Notes under the pieces: model-generated
Databases searched by the model: none
Told to the model about the DNA's origin: nothing
What the model saw: only the letters and a program-made list of their open reading frames with translations
Program-made: the position numbers and the translations under genes
Assembly: GCA_043228905.1 (NCBI GenBank)
Contig: JBHGNT010000013.1
Coordinates: 620,001-684,000, forward strand
Reading direction: 5' to 3'
Length of the DNA stretch: 64,000 bases
From: Azolla caroliniana
Lineage: Eukaryota; Plantae; Polypodiophyta
In this document: positions 49,701 to 63,482 of the stretch, in pieces
Position numbering within the stretch: position 1 is the first letter of the stretch
Layout: each line of letters opens with the position of its first letter

Positions 49701-52699
49701 CAAAACTTTCTTCGGGATATGCAAGATATGTTGCATATTGCACGAGATACTATAAAAACAGCTCAAGATAGAGCGCGTTTTTATGCCGATCATCATAGGC
49801 AACCTCGTGTATTCAACCCTGGACAAAAGGTATTTTTACGTGTACCTCACAATTCTAAGACATTGTCTACAGGTAAGTGCGCTAAGTTAGCCCCACGGTT
49901 TTGTGGACCTTTTACAGTCCTCAAACGCATTGGGTCATCAGCCTATCGTCTCGCTCTTCCCGATGGTGTCGAAATTCATCCAGTCTTTCATGTGAGTCGT
50001 CTAAAAGAACTTCTAGGTTCTGGCGACAATACAGTTACGACTGAAACTTTGGTTACTTCTGAAGAATTATCTTCTAAACCACATGTACCAGAAAGAATTC
50101 TCGATGTTAAAACAAAAAAATTACGTACTAAAGAAATCCGAGAATTTAAAATAAAATGGATGGATAAATCAATAAAAGATGCCACATGGGAACGCGAAAA
50201 TACTCTTAGAACTAACTTCCCTAACTTTCCATTGCAAGAGTGCAATGTTTTAAAGAGGGGGAGTATGTTACAGGCATGACCATATAATATCCCGTGGTAA
50301 GAATTTACCGTAGTATTCTATACACGTGGATAAGTGTGAGGGTTAAACGAGAGTGTAAAGAAGGGGAGGATTACTTTTAATCCTCGGAATTGAGACAACC
50401 CATTAGGTCAAGTGTGAACTTGCCTGGGGGCCTTGGGTATCGCTATAAATAAGAGGCCTAGCTACCCTCATTTGAGGATCTTTTGACTACATCGAGACTC
50501 TGCTCTTGTGGTGGGTCAACTCTTGTAGCGAGCGCGCCAGCACCAGGTACGACTCGACGCCACGGCGGTGGTATGGGACGCCAATCGAGGCTCGAGTCCG
50601 TCTCGATCCCTTCGCTCGGGGGTGGTCGGGTGGATCGGCACCCTTCTTTCTCTTTCTCCTTTCTATCTTTCATTTCTTTATCCTTATCTTAAGCTTACTT
50701 TAGTACCAAGATCTATAATATAAGCGAGTTGCAAATGCTCTTAATCTTAGCAGTGTAGCCCGACACATATATATCCTTTTGTCGTATGTTGTTCAACTCT
50801 TGCCGGAGTTGAAGCTTGCATGTTATCGTATTGGCGGCGAAAATCTTCTTGAGATTCTCCCACGCCTCTTTAGGCGTCTTAGCGTCTCGAATGTGGTTAA
50901 ACATGTGATCGTGGACACATGTTGCCAAGAAATACATTACCCGACTCTCTCCTTGCTCCCACGTTGGGTAGTTGGCGTTTGTGATGTCGGGTTTATTTTC
51001 TTGTGCGTCGTTGATGTAGCTCCAATACCCTTGGCCAATTAGGTATTGGTTCATCTTGTACTCCCAAGATGGATAATTGCTCCGGTCTAGCTTGTCACTA
51101 GGGAGCGAGCTACCCATTTGTGTGTTCATGTTGATTAATGTCTTCTCTTCTTCTTCTTTTTTCTTTGGCTTTTCTTCCTTTGATCACGTGCACGTGCTAC
51201 GTAGCGGCACTACAATAGCAGATAGCCATAATTTGTCGTCGGTGTTTCAAACACACAATCACGAAGAGTCTGGTGGGCTTAGTGGATGTGCTAAACCACA
51301 CGCTTTGATACCATGTTAATAATTAGGTAATTAACTAGGGTTAATTAGTGACTAATTATGTGAGTAGTTAAGCAGTAGAAGGTTACATGTGATATGTGTG
51401 TGTATGTGTGTGAGAGAGAAAGATATATTAATGTCCTCTAAGGCCAAAATTGGCCCATGAGACAATTGGTTTACAACAAAATGGGATATTTACCCATTCA
51501 TCGAAAGTAAAAATAAAATAAAATAAAAATAGAGCTTAAGCTAAATAGTTATAGTAAAATAACAAACATGTTCTATAATGAAATGACTTTATACTAGGCC
51601 TAGTTTCATTTCCATCCAAGTCTCTTAAAAAGAAGCAGGAGGTCAAAGGGTTTTGATGTGGATGTGGCCCCTTGTGGTCCCAATGAGAGAAAGAGAGAGA
51701 GGAAGATACACTTATGAACAATTAATACAAAATGGGGGATGATTAACTAGAGTTTATATTAAACAGCATTATCAAATACAAAAATACCCACAATGAGGTA
51801 TATATACATCTCATGTACAAAATGGGGGATGATTAACTAGAGTGTATATTAAAAAGCATCATCAAATACAAAAATACCCACAATGAGATATGTATACATT
51901 TCATGTGCAAAGGTGCACATGTGTGAGTAGAATATAGGTACAAAGGTGTAAGTCCTATATTGAATGAACATGGGAGTGGAGGATCTACAATGTATCCCAC
52001 TCAAGTACAAAATCCTATTTAAGGCTTTAAGGTCAACACACTAACTAGATTCTATCTAGGTAACTACTAAGTTACTTGTGTTGACTAAACTAACTAAATC
52101 TAGTTGAGCTTGATATCTCAACACCCCAAAATATTTTTCCAAGACTTCTATGGGTGGGATGTCAAACTATCGGTCACCCATTTTGCTCAAACCCAACTTC
52201 TTCCAAATCGTTGCATTTGTGATGGTATCCACGTTAATCTTTGTTTCAATCTCTTGGGTGTTGGGATGCGGCGTCGCCTCTGCGACCCTGATGTAGCCTG
52301 CCAAACCATGGTCTTGTAGCCACTGACGTAGAGAAGGGGGGATGTCGATGTCTCGTTGACAGAGAAGGAGAAACAATTAGATTGGGGCATAACATAGAAT
52401 ATAGAGGGGATCCATAGAAGATAGAGTATCTTTGCCAACATGGGATCTCATCCCTATTGAATGATGGTTGAACATCCAAAAAACTTGAATTTTTTTGATG
52501 TGGAGGATTGTCTACGTCGACTCTAAGAGATTCACATTATTCTTTCTCATCATTTACATTATGCTCAAGACACATAAGAAATTTGCAAATGTTCATTATT
52601 TAGACTCATCACCGTCAAGACTTTAAGTTGTGAGTTGGAGATTGTACATGGATCTTACAAAGCAATTTAAAGACCACCAAGCCTTGTAACAAGTTAGAT

Positions 52700-53900
52700 T
52701 ATCGACGTGGTTGTCCATATCTAATCTTTGACCAAATCAATGAAATCTCATTTTGTCTCATTCTCCCTCATCATATGCGTCTTTATCCAACGTTCCATGT
52801 ATCACTTTTGGAAACATATGATTCAAGCTTTATTTTGGATTATATTGTGTGTAGGATCCATGCACCTCATAAAAACACCTCTATAGATCAATGGAGTTGT
52901 GCCTCCCGTCGATATCGTTTGCTTGGAGACGGGACTGGCGTATACCCAATTGGTGGCAAACCGGGCACACGTAGTTGTCAAGTACCCTTGAGCTACTCAC
53001 TCACTTAATGATACACACAATTAGCATTAATATTCCTCACTCTCTCTCGCTTACTCTCTTAGACAAAGTGAAGACAGAAGATTATGTTTATTACACCCTC
53101 TTACCTAGAGGTCTAGCACCAACAAGGAAGAGAGAGTAGTGTTATTCAACTAAACACTATTGATAATCTCTCTTAAGCTTATGATTACAAGGAGTGGAAT
53201 TTTAGAACACTGATCGCTCACGATATTTTCAAGAATGGCGAAGAAGATAAAAAGTCACCACAAGATGGCTTTTATAGCTTTTACATTATGAGTGTGCTCA
53301 TTTCACACTAGGCCACCCATTGGCTGCTTCTATTCCCCTTCTATATGCCTGTCCCCCCTATTGGCTTCTTCTATTCCCCTTCTATAGGCCTTTCCCCCCT
53401 ATTGGTTGCTTCTATTCCCCTTCTATATGTCTTCTTAGTTGCTTAATATCCTTTGTTGATGCGTTGTTCTTCGTGACCAATGTGTGTTGCATGCTAAACG
53501 CTTAACATGTTGTTCCTCCTCCACCTTATGTTGAGCTTGATGATGGTCTATAAAATGAGGTGGAGATTGTTTCGAACTCTTGCACAACAAATTATATTTT
53601 ATTTGGTTGATTGGTTAGGTTATAAACCTAATGATTGAACATGAGAGCATGGCAAGAATATGTCTAATGTTGTAGTACTCGTAGTTGAATTTCATCATTA
53701 ATATCTGAATACATTGAGTCTTTGTTTGTGCATTACGACTCATGGAAATCATCGTCAAGGAAAGGGATAATGTTATGCAAATATATACGGAACTACATAC
53801 TCATGATAGAGATTTAAACCCATGACTTATTGGAATAGTATATGCAACCTTAACCCTTAGGATATATCATATTATACATGATATTTATTGTAACTTTTCA
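52700..53900 (+). mobile_element. Old chromovirus 3' remnant (Tcn1-like integrase end, chromodomain, PPT, LTR start at 53771)
   Basis: HMRLYPTFHVSLLETY, then after a solo LTR VPPPPYVELDDG..EVE....YLVDWLGYKPND.T.E; PPT AAGGAAAGGGATAA followed by TG. Confidence 0.7.
52848..53507. mobile_element. Solo LTR inserted in the chromovirus remnant
   Basis: TG...CA ends, TSD TATTG/TGTTG, three approximately 40-bp internal repeats (CCTATTGG..CTTCTATTCCCCTTCTATA). Confidence 0.7.
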
Positions 53901-54599
53901 TAGGTAACCTAGAATATATGTGTAATGCTATGAAATGTCACCATCTTACACGGGCTAATACATGACCCTTAAACGACATGCTTGCATAAGTGCTAGGTGG
54001 CAATAATGCATGTGTCCAAACCATGGTATATTGGTGTGCATTCTAGTATGGATGAACCATTTTTGGTTCAATACCAACATTAGACATATTCTTTTATCTC
54101 TTGTTCTTATTGGTAATACATTATTTTTTTACTCCAAAGAGATACGCCTTGGTATTATAAAATCATAAGAAATACAAAAGTTGTGTTGGATAAAGGAGTA
54201 TACCAACCGACTCCATTGTGCTCACATCATAGCCGATTTGATGTGTATATACAAGAATTACACATATTTGTACACCATATATCCAAGATTTTTATGGTTC
54301 ACTCTTCCCAAACTGCAACTGAGCATGCCATTTAACCTATACCACCAAAATATGTAGCAACAGATCCCATAAACAAAGTTAGTAGACATTGTTTCCCAAA
54401 ATGACAGGAACAATGTACATCCATATTATGTGATCTCCATCTTCCCTAAAAATGAGCATTGAATCCCATAACTTTTTAAAATGCATTTGCTTCTTGAAAA
54501 TGGTTTCAGCACTACTTGTAAAACTTTCATACTGACCACGTAATGTATGAATAAGTAAAACTAGAATTCAACAATTATAATAGAAACATCATGAGTGAC

Positions 54600-55150
54600 G
54601 TTGTAAAAAACTAATGTACATCGCATCACGCCTTCCAAATTACCCAAATCAGAATAGATGAAATTATCTTCCAAATAATATCACCCTTAAATTGCAAACT
54701 ATCACTTAGAAAAGGTTGAACCATTTGTATATGAGGAGGAACTATGTGAAAGGCTTCCACTATATCCTCCTTTTCATATAACAACAGTTGTCCCTCAAGA
54801 ATGCCCCACCTACTCGCACCCCAAGTGATCACACAATTAGCATGTATCAATATCAACAGCCTTAATACTCTCTACCATACTTGCATAATTTGACAAGGCC
54901 ACAATGCATGGTTAATTGATTACATCATACATCCACAACCAAATCCACACGACTTACTATTTAGTTGTCGTAACCAAGCTCGAACCGGTAGTGCATAATG
55001 GATCAATAAGCATTGAAAAAGTACAATCTTCTTGGGAATATGCATACTCCACAACCACTTCCAATATTTAGATGCATCCATTAAAGAGGCCCCATTCGCT
55101 AACCCCACTTTCATAGAGGATGGTGGATGCATTTTCCTACTTAAGAGCAA
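54600..55150 (-). pseudogene. L1-type LINE ORF2 C-terminal remnant (zf-RVT region)
   Basis: YWKWLWSMHIPKKIVLFQCLLIHYALPV...SCGFGC...SINHALWPC and IWVIWKA motifs. Confidence 0.75.
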
Positions 55151-56849
55151 CTTTCATCCCAACTTCACTGAATTTTGAAAAAACAGAATAAATTTGGTAA
55201 TACATTAGTATGCTCCTCTTATTTCCCTCTTCTTATCCTCTTATTGAATTTGATCCTATCCCCTACTACAACCCTAACACCTAATCATGCAAAGAGATCT
55301 TTAGCTTCATTAACATCTAACTCTCCTTTTTTTGCCACAATTTTATTGCATGTTTGTGTTGATTGATGACATCTTCTAATAGGAATTTACAAACATATAT
55401 CATTGTCTTGTTTCGTAGAGATCTAGTTTGAACTTGGTCAATATGATCTAGTCCTTCAATTGTCCCTTTCTTGTGGGCATACTTACTATTTCCATCATTC
55501 ACTTCTAATACATTGCTAATGATTCGGCTAATTGGAGCCCATACCAGTGTCTTAGATTTCAACATCTCACCTTATGCTAGAAAATGAGACACAACCTTAT
55601 ACATTCCGACCATCAATATTTTCCTTTGATCTTTGTGAATGTTGTCTAAATGACTCTATGTGCTAACCACATGCTATTATGGAATTTAGTTAGAACACAA
55701 CCCTGCATTTCGAGAGGCCAATTTCTTAAGCCCTATGCCTGCATTTCGAGTTGTAAAGAAGTAATGTCTATGTGAAAAAGATCTATAACACATCATCTTT
55801 CCAACATTTGATTGTTTATATAAGTGTCTACAATGTATATACAATGCATATAAGTGTCTATCTCTATCTCATCAATGCGCCATTGCTCGCATTGGTTACC
55901 TTAAATAATCTTCCATTATACATTAGCACATTCACATAACAAACATGTTAAAATAATATAAATGGAACTTTCATTGTTAACAATAGTGAGCACACTTTGT
56001 TTGCATAAAGGTCACCAAATAAGCACCTACAATTCTACTTGACCAAATAGAGAATAATGAAAGAGGTTGGGTTGTCTAGAACAACATGTCAAATATATTT
56101 TTGTCTAATCTAATGGGATTTAACATTATGTTGATATGTAGTTCAATAAATAAATGATACTATATATAATTCATGACTACAAATATATCAATGTGAATAA
56201 AAACAATCTCAAATTGCATCAATGTGCATGCTATGATAAAATACTATATATATATATATAATATTATATATGTGTATATATATTATGATGACAAAGGTGT
56301 TAACGCATGCAATGATACTGCTAGCGCAATTTACTCTAGCTTATTTTTTAATTGATTTGAAATTATTCATCATCAATGACGCCTTTGACCTTCATCTACC
56401 TAAAGTGTCGAACTTGAGATGCTACTAAGATTCATGACCCCCAACTTATAATGCATATACCACAATAATTATGTAATGATTCATCCTCTCTTCACAATGC
56501 TAAACTTGGGAAATGCTAACAAGATGCACAACGATTAACATGGACATAAATGAAGTTGTTTTTGTTTTGGCATTCTCAAGTGAAATGCCAAAGCGGAATG
56601 ACAACAACAATCTCTTAGGGGCACCACATGGTTGGTGACATCTTGTTCCTGTTTGGACTCAAGATGATGGACTTCACTAAGGACACCCAACACTAGCTTA
56701 TGGTATGTATAATATTTTTCGACATATAAAAATATGTCCATGAATTCATGGTTTGGAGTCATGCTCATTGGGTATGCATTCTCCTTCATGAGACATAGTA
56801 CAACTGTGGATATGGTAAATGGGTAATCCATCCACATTGATTGTTAGTG

Positions 56850-57270
56850 CCTTGATAAATAATACCTTATGGGCAAACAAAATGTGCATGGGCCATACAT
56901 ACCCAAAATGGATATTTGTCTAACCTAATCAATCTAGTCTTGGCCATTTTATACAAAAACCTTCCAATCAAGAACAACTTCAATATTGCATAGTTGATAT
57001 GCAACGATATGGTAAGGGCACTTTTGTGTGAAATGGGGAGACTAATTTAGGACTCATGAAGTCCACCTCTAGTCAGGCTTCTTTCTTAGGTATTGGGTTG
57101 GTGGTGGTAGACAAATCCATGACCTTTCCAATGAGAGTGGAGACCTTAGTATTAAAGTGTGACAATATGTGCAAGAGATCTTTGATAAGGATGGCCATTA
57201 GTTGTTTAATAACGTCAACCATATAGTTCTGTTTTGGATTGTATGTAGGTCTCCATTGCCTCATTCAAGA
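56850..57270 (-). pseudogene. Possible LINE ORF1 (DUF4283-like) relic
   Basis: RQWRPTYNP...ILIKDLLHIL...STLIGKVMD weakly resembles the plant L1 ORF1 pattern; same strand and upstream of the ORF2 relic. Confidence 0.35.
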
Positions 57271-57549
57271 GAAGGGGATGGGGGTTTGTGTATATGTTTA
57301 ATTCAATACTATGGGTCAACACTGGTCTCCCCACGGGTGATACAATTTTTGCTTCTATTTCTCTGACAACAACTATCAATTATGTCTTAGTCACCCACCT
57401 CATTTCTTTTAGACACTATCAAGTTGTAAGTTGAGCACATTATAAACAATAACCCGGCAAAAATAAAACACGAAAACATAAACGCATATATAAATGTAAA
57501 TTTAATGCTAACACAAGATACAATTATACCTGGAAGCGTTGGGGATAAG

Positions 57550-57960
57550 TAGGGATTGGCAACGGCTCAGCTCAAGCGTAAACCGTTTGGCTAAACCGAC
57601 TTAAAGTGGCTTAGCGGCTCGGCTTAGGCTTGAGCATGCCTTAACGGATTGAGCTCGGCTCGACTTGGCTTGAGCCTCCCAAACCGGCTCAAACCGACTA
57701 AGCCGTTTAGTGATTTAATTGTAATAAAATTATGAAGTTCAATATAAAATTATGGTATGAAGTTGAATATTCATTGTAATAGTATTGTTGTTTTCTCCCA
57801 AACCAGTTCACAAACCGGTTTCCAAGCCGTTTCACAATCCGGTTTAGGGATCAGTTTGGTTTGGTTCAGGTTTGAAAATCCCTAAACGGTTTAGGCTTAA
57901 CCGGTTTGGGTGGTTTAAGCCAAACCGGCTAAGCCTAAACCGAACCGTTGCCAATTCCTA
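57550..57960. mobile_element. hAT-family MITE (411 bp)
   Basis: TIRs TAGGGATTGGCAACGG / CCGTTGCCAATTCCTA, perfect 8-bp TSD GGGATAAG, subterminal AAACCG/CGGTTT repeats. Confidence 0.95.
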
Positions 57961-58789
57961 GGGATAAGCAATACTCACCACCTTACTGTGAGCATCCTAA
58001 TGGAGAGGGGTAATGTGAGAACTTACATAAGTTAATAGGGAGTTTCTACCATTTGCAAATTTAGACACAATGGGAATATTTAGACGAATATAATGGATAT
58101 TTAGCCATGAGAGAGAGAGAGAGAGAGAGAGGTACACTAAGAGTGGTGGAAAAGTTGAAGCATCATATGAACAATTGCGATTGTATAATGATACAAAAGT
58201 TCTCTTTTCACGAACCCTCGAAGCCCCATGTGATTTGATTTTATAATCAGGGGATGAGATGCTCACATTAGTCTTGTGGACCAATGTCCTGTAAATACAA
58301 TCGTAAAGTTTCCAACAATCGACAAGAGGGTCGTTGTGTGCAAATAAGATGTTATTGATGCGGGAGAGTGTGGGGAACTTTGGAAGAGTAGTTTTCGAAA
58401 GCTCATGAACTATGTAAATGGTCTTCTGCCATCAAGTAATGTTAAGGCTACCAAGTAAAAAGGTAATAAGAGATGTGTGTATGCATTTATGTATGTATGG
58501 ATGTATTATAATATATATATGTAAGCATGTATTGGATTGTATTGTGTTTTTTTAATAAGGATATCCTTTCATTCGTGTAAGTAATTTACATTGTTTCGTT
58601 TCTCAAGTGATTGGTGGAAGGAACAACCAACTTGGTGGCTGAAAGTGCCAAAAAGGATTACCATCATTCCAGGACATAAGTGGAGTAGCTCTCCACAGCG
58701 TAAGAAACTAACTGATGGCACTGAGCAACTTTATCTTCGGAACCTCCAATAAGACAATCCCATTGTCCTTTTTAAAGTATGTATGGATC

Positions 58790-58950
58790 ATGTCTAGCCA
58801 AATATTTCGTACCAATTGAACCAGCAGTACAACGCAATAACTCACACAATGGTAGAAAATGAATAATGTCTAGCCAAATATTTCGTACCAATTGAACCAG
58901 TAGTACAACTCAATAACTCACACAATGGTAGAAAATGGATAATGTCTATC
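58790..58950. repeat. 76-bp tandem duplication
   Basis: ATGTCTAGCCAAATATTTCGTACCAATTGAACCAG...GGTAGAAAATG occurs twice. Confidence 0.9.
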
Positions 58951-59039
58951 CAAATAGCTCTAGCCTGATAGAAAATGAGAGAGCAATGAGCCTCCCAGGT
59001 GTAATATATAGTAGTACAACTCAATAACTCAATAACTCA

Positions 59040-59240
59040 ATTGTATTGTATGTCAGTATGTATGTAAGTAAGTATGTATGTATGTAATAATGCATGTATA
59101 ATGTATGTATTATGTATATTGTATATATGTATGTATGTATTATGTATATTGAATTTGTATGTATGTACATATGTACATATATTGTATGTATGTATTATGT
59201 ATATTGAATTTGTATGTATGTATGTATGTATGTATGTAAC
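59040..59240. repeat. (TATG)n-like low-complexity tract upstream of the CUE gene
   Basis: Direct inspection. Confidence 0.85.
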
Positions 59241-60281
59241 CCATGGATCTGTATGTGTACATAGTAAATCGATAGAAATATTCGATAATTTGGTCTTCCT
59301 CTGTCTCTGTTTCCCTCTGTGTTGCTGCGTGTCTTAGAACCGACTCGAGCGAGAAATCTCTTCTTCATACTCAGGTTAAGTATTCTTTTCTTATTGGATT
59401 TATGTTGTTAATTCGAACAAGCATGTTCCTGTTTATGCTCAATGATCCTTTCCTCTCAATCTCTCTCGCTCTCTCTCATATATCTGTACAGTTCTCATCT
59501 AGTAGAATCATCCCTCTTGTTTTTTTTATTGCTCTTTTGTTTTGTTTACATGGGGGATTCTATTGTTTCTTCTCCCTTTTCTTTAAACGGCTTAGACAGT
59601 GAGAAGGTTTGGGGGTTTTCGGCATCATGAGGTATTAGAAAACAAATACTTTATGAAGACATCGTTATCAAGTGAATTTATCTGTACAATCATGCTATGG
59701 ATTGGTTGATTATATGAGTTCTAATGGTTAGAATTGATTCATCTTTTTCTGTCTCTTTGATCTTGCTTGGCTCAATGAGTAGTATTTAGGTTTCCCTTCT
59801 TTCTCTTAAATCTTGTTGTTGTCCATGGATAGTTATTCTTTCTGTTCTCTATTCCCTCTCTTTCTCTAATCTTGGTATAGTCAATGGCCGGTCCTTGTAT
59901 TTTTGTCTTTAATCTTGCTAGAAACAATGTATAGCTCGTATTATTTCTCTTTGAATATTGTTTTATTCAATAGGTACTGTTTGCTCTCTTTTCTCTTGAT
60001 CTTGCCCCAATCAATGGGCATGGTTTGTTCTCTTTCATCTTTAATCTTGGTTGAATCAAGCAATTTTGTTTTTTTCTTTGTCTCTTTAATGTCCCATAGG
60101 TCATTGGGTGGTGCTTATTTACTCTCTCTAATGATTAATCGTTGCTTGTAGGTCTTCAAATTTTCTCTTCTAATATTTCCATTGATTTGAGGGCTTCTAC
60201 TTATCATTTCTCTTTTAATGCTGAGCGGCGAATTTCTAATATCCATGTTTTTTGAACTTTCAGTTCTCAGGGTCATACAGA

Positions 60282-63200
60282 ATGAGCGATAAGCATTCGT
60301 CTTTTGAATTTCTCTGTGGAAAATTTCCAGCGGTAACTCATTTGCCAATGCATTCACAAATCGCTTGCTTCTTCTTGTTCCTCAGTATGTTTTTAAATAG
60401 CACATGCTTTTTTTGTATTGTAGATTGATGTTCGAGTAATCAAAGCAACCATACTTGAACATGGGGATGATATAGAATCTGCTATAACCTTTCTAATAGA
60501 TAGTTTTGAGGAGGAAAAGGATGTGGCACATGTGCATAATCTTGTGGAAAGCTACAAATCATTCTTAAGTTTGACAGAACGAATGCAGAAAATAGACCAG
60601 CCAATCAAGTCTGAAACACCAGAGATTGACAATAGAGAACCTCAGAAGCATATTCAACTTGAAGACAGTTCAGGGATGTATGATGATCTTCTGTTCATTG
60701 ATGATAGCTTAACTTATTTGGAGAAGAAAGCTGAGGCTCAATTTGGGTTGGCAGAGATGTCTAGTGAGTATGTGGATTGTGAGCAATCTGGAATAGTAGA
60801 GTATGATGGGTTTTCTATTGCAAAGGTATCTGAATCACACAACACGTTAGATATTGAGCAATCTGAAACCGTGGTATGTGACGGGTCTTCTAATGTCGAA
60901 GTGACTGGAACAGAGCGTGTAACTGAATCTCACAATACCGTTAACATGATTACTAGCAAGGAAATTTCTACAACCTCTCTTGAAGAAATTGTTAGTGAGG
61001 CACGGAATGATAAAGTATGACTTCTTTGCAATTATAGATATAGTAATCTTGCGTAATATATGAAAAAATATGAATAATGATATGTAAATGTGATATGAAT
61101 AACTTTAGAGCTAGTACTTTTAGCTCAACACAGAGAAACATGAACTATGATATATAAATAACATTAGAGCTAGTACTTGTAGCTCTACACAGTGAAACAT
61201 GACTGGTGATATATAAATAACATTAGAGCTAGTACTTGTCGCTCAACACAGAGAAACATGAATGGTGATATATAAATATGGTATGAGTAATGCCATCGTC
61301 CAGTAATCTAGCTAAAATATATTGTTTAGCATATTTATTTTTCTTTCGCATGTTGTTCCTTTTGATAATACTAAAAGGATTCTACTCATAGCAGGTTTAT
61401 GTGATAAACCTCATCAAAGAGGTCAGCGATTTACGGGCTAAGGCTGATGAGGAGAGTATTGCAGCTCAAAAAGCAAAGGCTGAAGCAGCTAGAGGTGGGG
61501 AATATTTGCTTATGAAGGCAGCAGAAATACGCACACAAGTACTGCAGATGAAGCAAGATAACCTAAGGGTAAATCTTTGATCCTTTTCTTGAGTGTCTCT
61601 TAATTTAAATAATTAGATCTTAAACTATTTTTTTGCTTCTTTGCACAGCGTCGTGGGGAAATATATGGTGAAAAAGCAGTGCTTGCCCTGGAAGCCCGAG
61701 AACTGAAGTTAAGACTTGATCAAGTGAAACAAGAGAAGGAGAAGGCTGTTGCAACACTCCTGGAAGTAAGGAATTCATCCACTTGCTGGTTCCAGTGTAA
61801 CCTTTCTAGCATATATATACTGTGTGTGTGTGTGTGCCTGTGGGTGGATGCATGATTATTTATGCTAAGGTTGTAATTCAGCCAAGCTTCCATATTAGGA
61901 TTGATGTTAAATCTTCTTTACCAGTGGTCCTTAGATGGTATCTTTGCATGTTTGTGTGAGTGGATTCATTATTCACATATACATGATTAGGCTAAGGCTT
62001 TAATTCAGCAAGCTACCATATAAGGACTGATGTTAAGTCTATCACATTGGGTCGTATATGGCATCTTATATCTATGAGCTAGATACTAATATTTTTCTTC
62101 CTAGTATCTCTATGAATACATATTTTTCCATGTCTGTATATGTTGTAGATCCGAACGAGGCTACAGGCCTGTTATGAAACAGCATTGGAGGAAAGAAAAA
62201 ATGCAGAAATAGATAGAAAGTCAAAAGAAGAGAGAGCTCAAAAAGCTTTGGAGGAGGAGGAAGCACTCATGGCAATTGAAGAAAAGGAGTCGAATAACCT
62301 CAATATTGAGGCTGAGACCTCTGCACGGGTATAGTTTCAGGTTTTGTTATTCTAGTTCTAATATTGGCGCGAGATTAACACTTATTATTTCTTTTATCTC
62401 TGAATTTCCAGTTAAGAGAGAGTATTATGGACCATGGAAGCACCATCGATGTCTTACAGTAAGTTCTTGGTGAAATATTTGTCATATAAACTCTAAAATA
62501 AGAGAGAATGTAATACATTTTCACCTTCCAAGGGCTAGGCAAATGTGTGTACGTCAATGGTTTTTGCCATTAAAGGACTTAAAAAAGTAAAGCATGATAC
62601 ATTATTTAACGTACAGTTGTGTTTTTCTTCTGAAATTCTAAAAAGAAAGAATCTAATACATGTTCCATATGAAGGGGTGAGATTGGTGTACTTTGTGAAG
62701 ATGTAGAGTCTTTCAAGAAACAAGTTGAGGAGGGAATATGGTCATCAACGAGTACAGCTAGCACACATTCAGGGATAAATCCAGGTGGGCCATATAGCTT
62801 CAGAAGGTGTTATCAGCTCTCTGTAGATTCAATGCAAGATCCAAGGAAAAGCTTTGGAAGTGACAAATCCAACAATGATGGCTCAAACTTATCTCAGAGT
62901 AGAGATTCCATCGCAAGATTTGGGAGATTGTATAATAATGCACCGTCGTCGCCATTGGACCAAGTATCATATGAGAACATGACAAGTCGAGGCAAACATA
63001 ATTATATGGCCTCAGGAATCGTTAATGAATCTACTTCAACAAGTGATTGCCTTAACCTTCAGGACAGTACGAATGATGAATTTATTTATCCAGCTGATGC
63101 AAATTCAAGCTTAAGTGAGCCAGCACTAGGTCTTCCCCTAGGGACTCCTTACAAAGATACCATACAAGATAGGTCATTGGTGGATGTTTCCTATGGTTAT

Positions 63201-63482
63201 GGGATAGATAGAAATCTTCTTCAACAAGTTCTAAACCATAAAAATGAAGACCCTTTTCATCAAACTAAAGAAAGAGCGGATTCTCTGATCAAGCCTGCAA
63301 AATACATACATTATTCATCCAATCTTCCGTCTTCTAATGATAGTGATTGTGAGTGGAAGCGGAGAAGCACGGTTGGTGATTGGGTTCTTACAAGTGAGCA
63401 GTTTGAAGAAATGAGCTCTTCTTCTTCTTCTACTACTAGCTCTCTAGTAAAACTCGGGATTGATGACTTCATGAATGGGTAA
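60282..63482 (+). CDS. CUE-domain plus coiled-coil protein (At1g03290/At4g02880-like). Exons 60282-60332, 60424-61014, 61395-61568, 61649-61765, 62149-62328, 62412-62458, 62675-63482
   Basis: All introns are GT-AG and frame-consistent. Spliced product MSDKHSSFEFLCGKFPA|IDVRVIKATILEHGDDIESAITFL (CUE FP motif)...LEEIVSEARNDK|...|RRGEIYGEKAVLALEARELK...|LRESIMDHGSTIDVLQ|GEIGVLCEDV. The last exon may instead splice at 63479. Probable non-coding first exon ending at 59374. Confidence 0.9.

Larger units (their letters stand above)
38766..50279 (+). pseudogene. Chromovirus D gag-pol (single frame with a few premature stops, split by element C at 40383-47458)
   Basis: Gag with CVFCKKKGHTKDQC; PR LFDSGSSHNF; LPPKR|NIDHRI rejoined across C; [10 protein letters not shown]; RNase H; IN ([11 protein letters not shown] motif); chromodomain PERILDVK...IKWMDKSIKDATWE. 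Confidence 0.93.
36628..50720 (+). mobile_element. Element D: full-length chromovirus (Ty3/Gypsy with chromodomain)
   Basis: 455-bp LTRs 36628-37082 and 50266-50720 (about 13 differences by eye). PBS-Met TGGTATCAGA at 37085. PPT AAAGAGGGGGAG. TSD CAAGC/TAAGC in Copia E gag. Confidence 0.95.
24717..52123 (-). mobile_element. Element E: Ty1/Copia element lacking most of RT/RH, hosting several insertions
   Basis: 5' LTR 51314-52123, PBS-Met 51301-51313, 3' LTR 24717-25148 with PPT, TSD TCCCA/CCCCA. Gag 51129-50725 and 36627-36247. PR and GAG-pre-integrase 28336-27677 (DSDASHHMT, LWHKRISH). Integrase 26800-26090. Confidence 0.9.
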
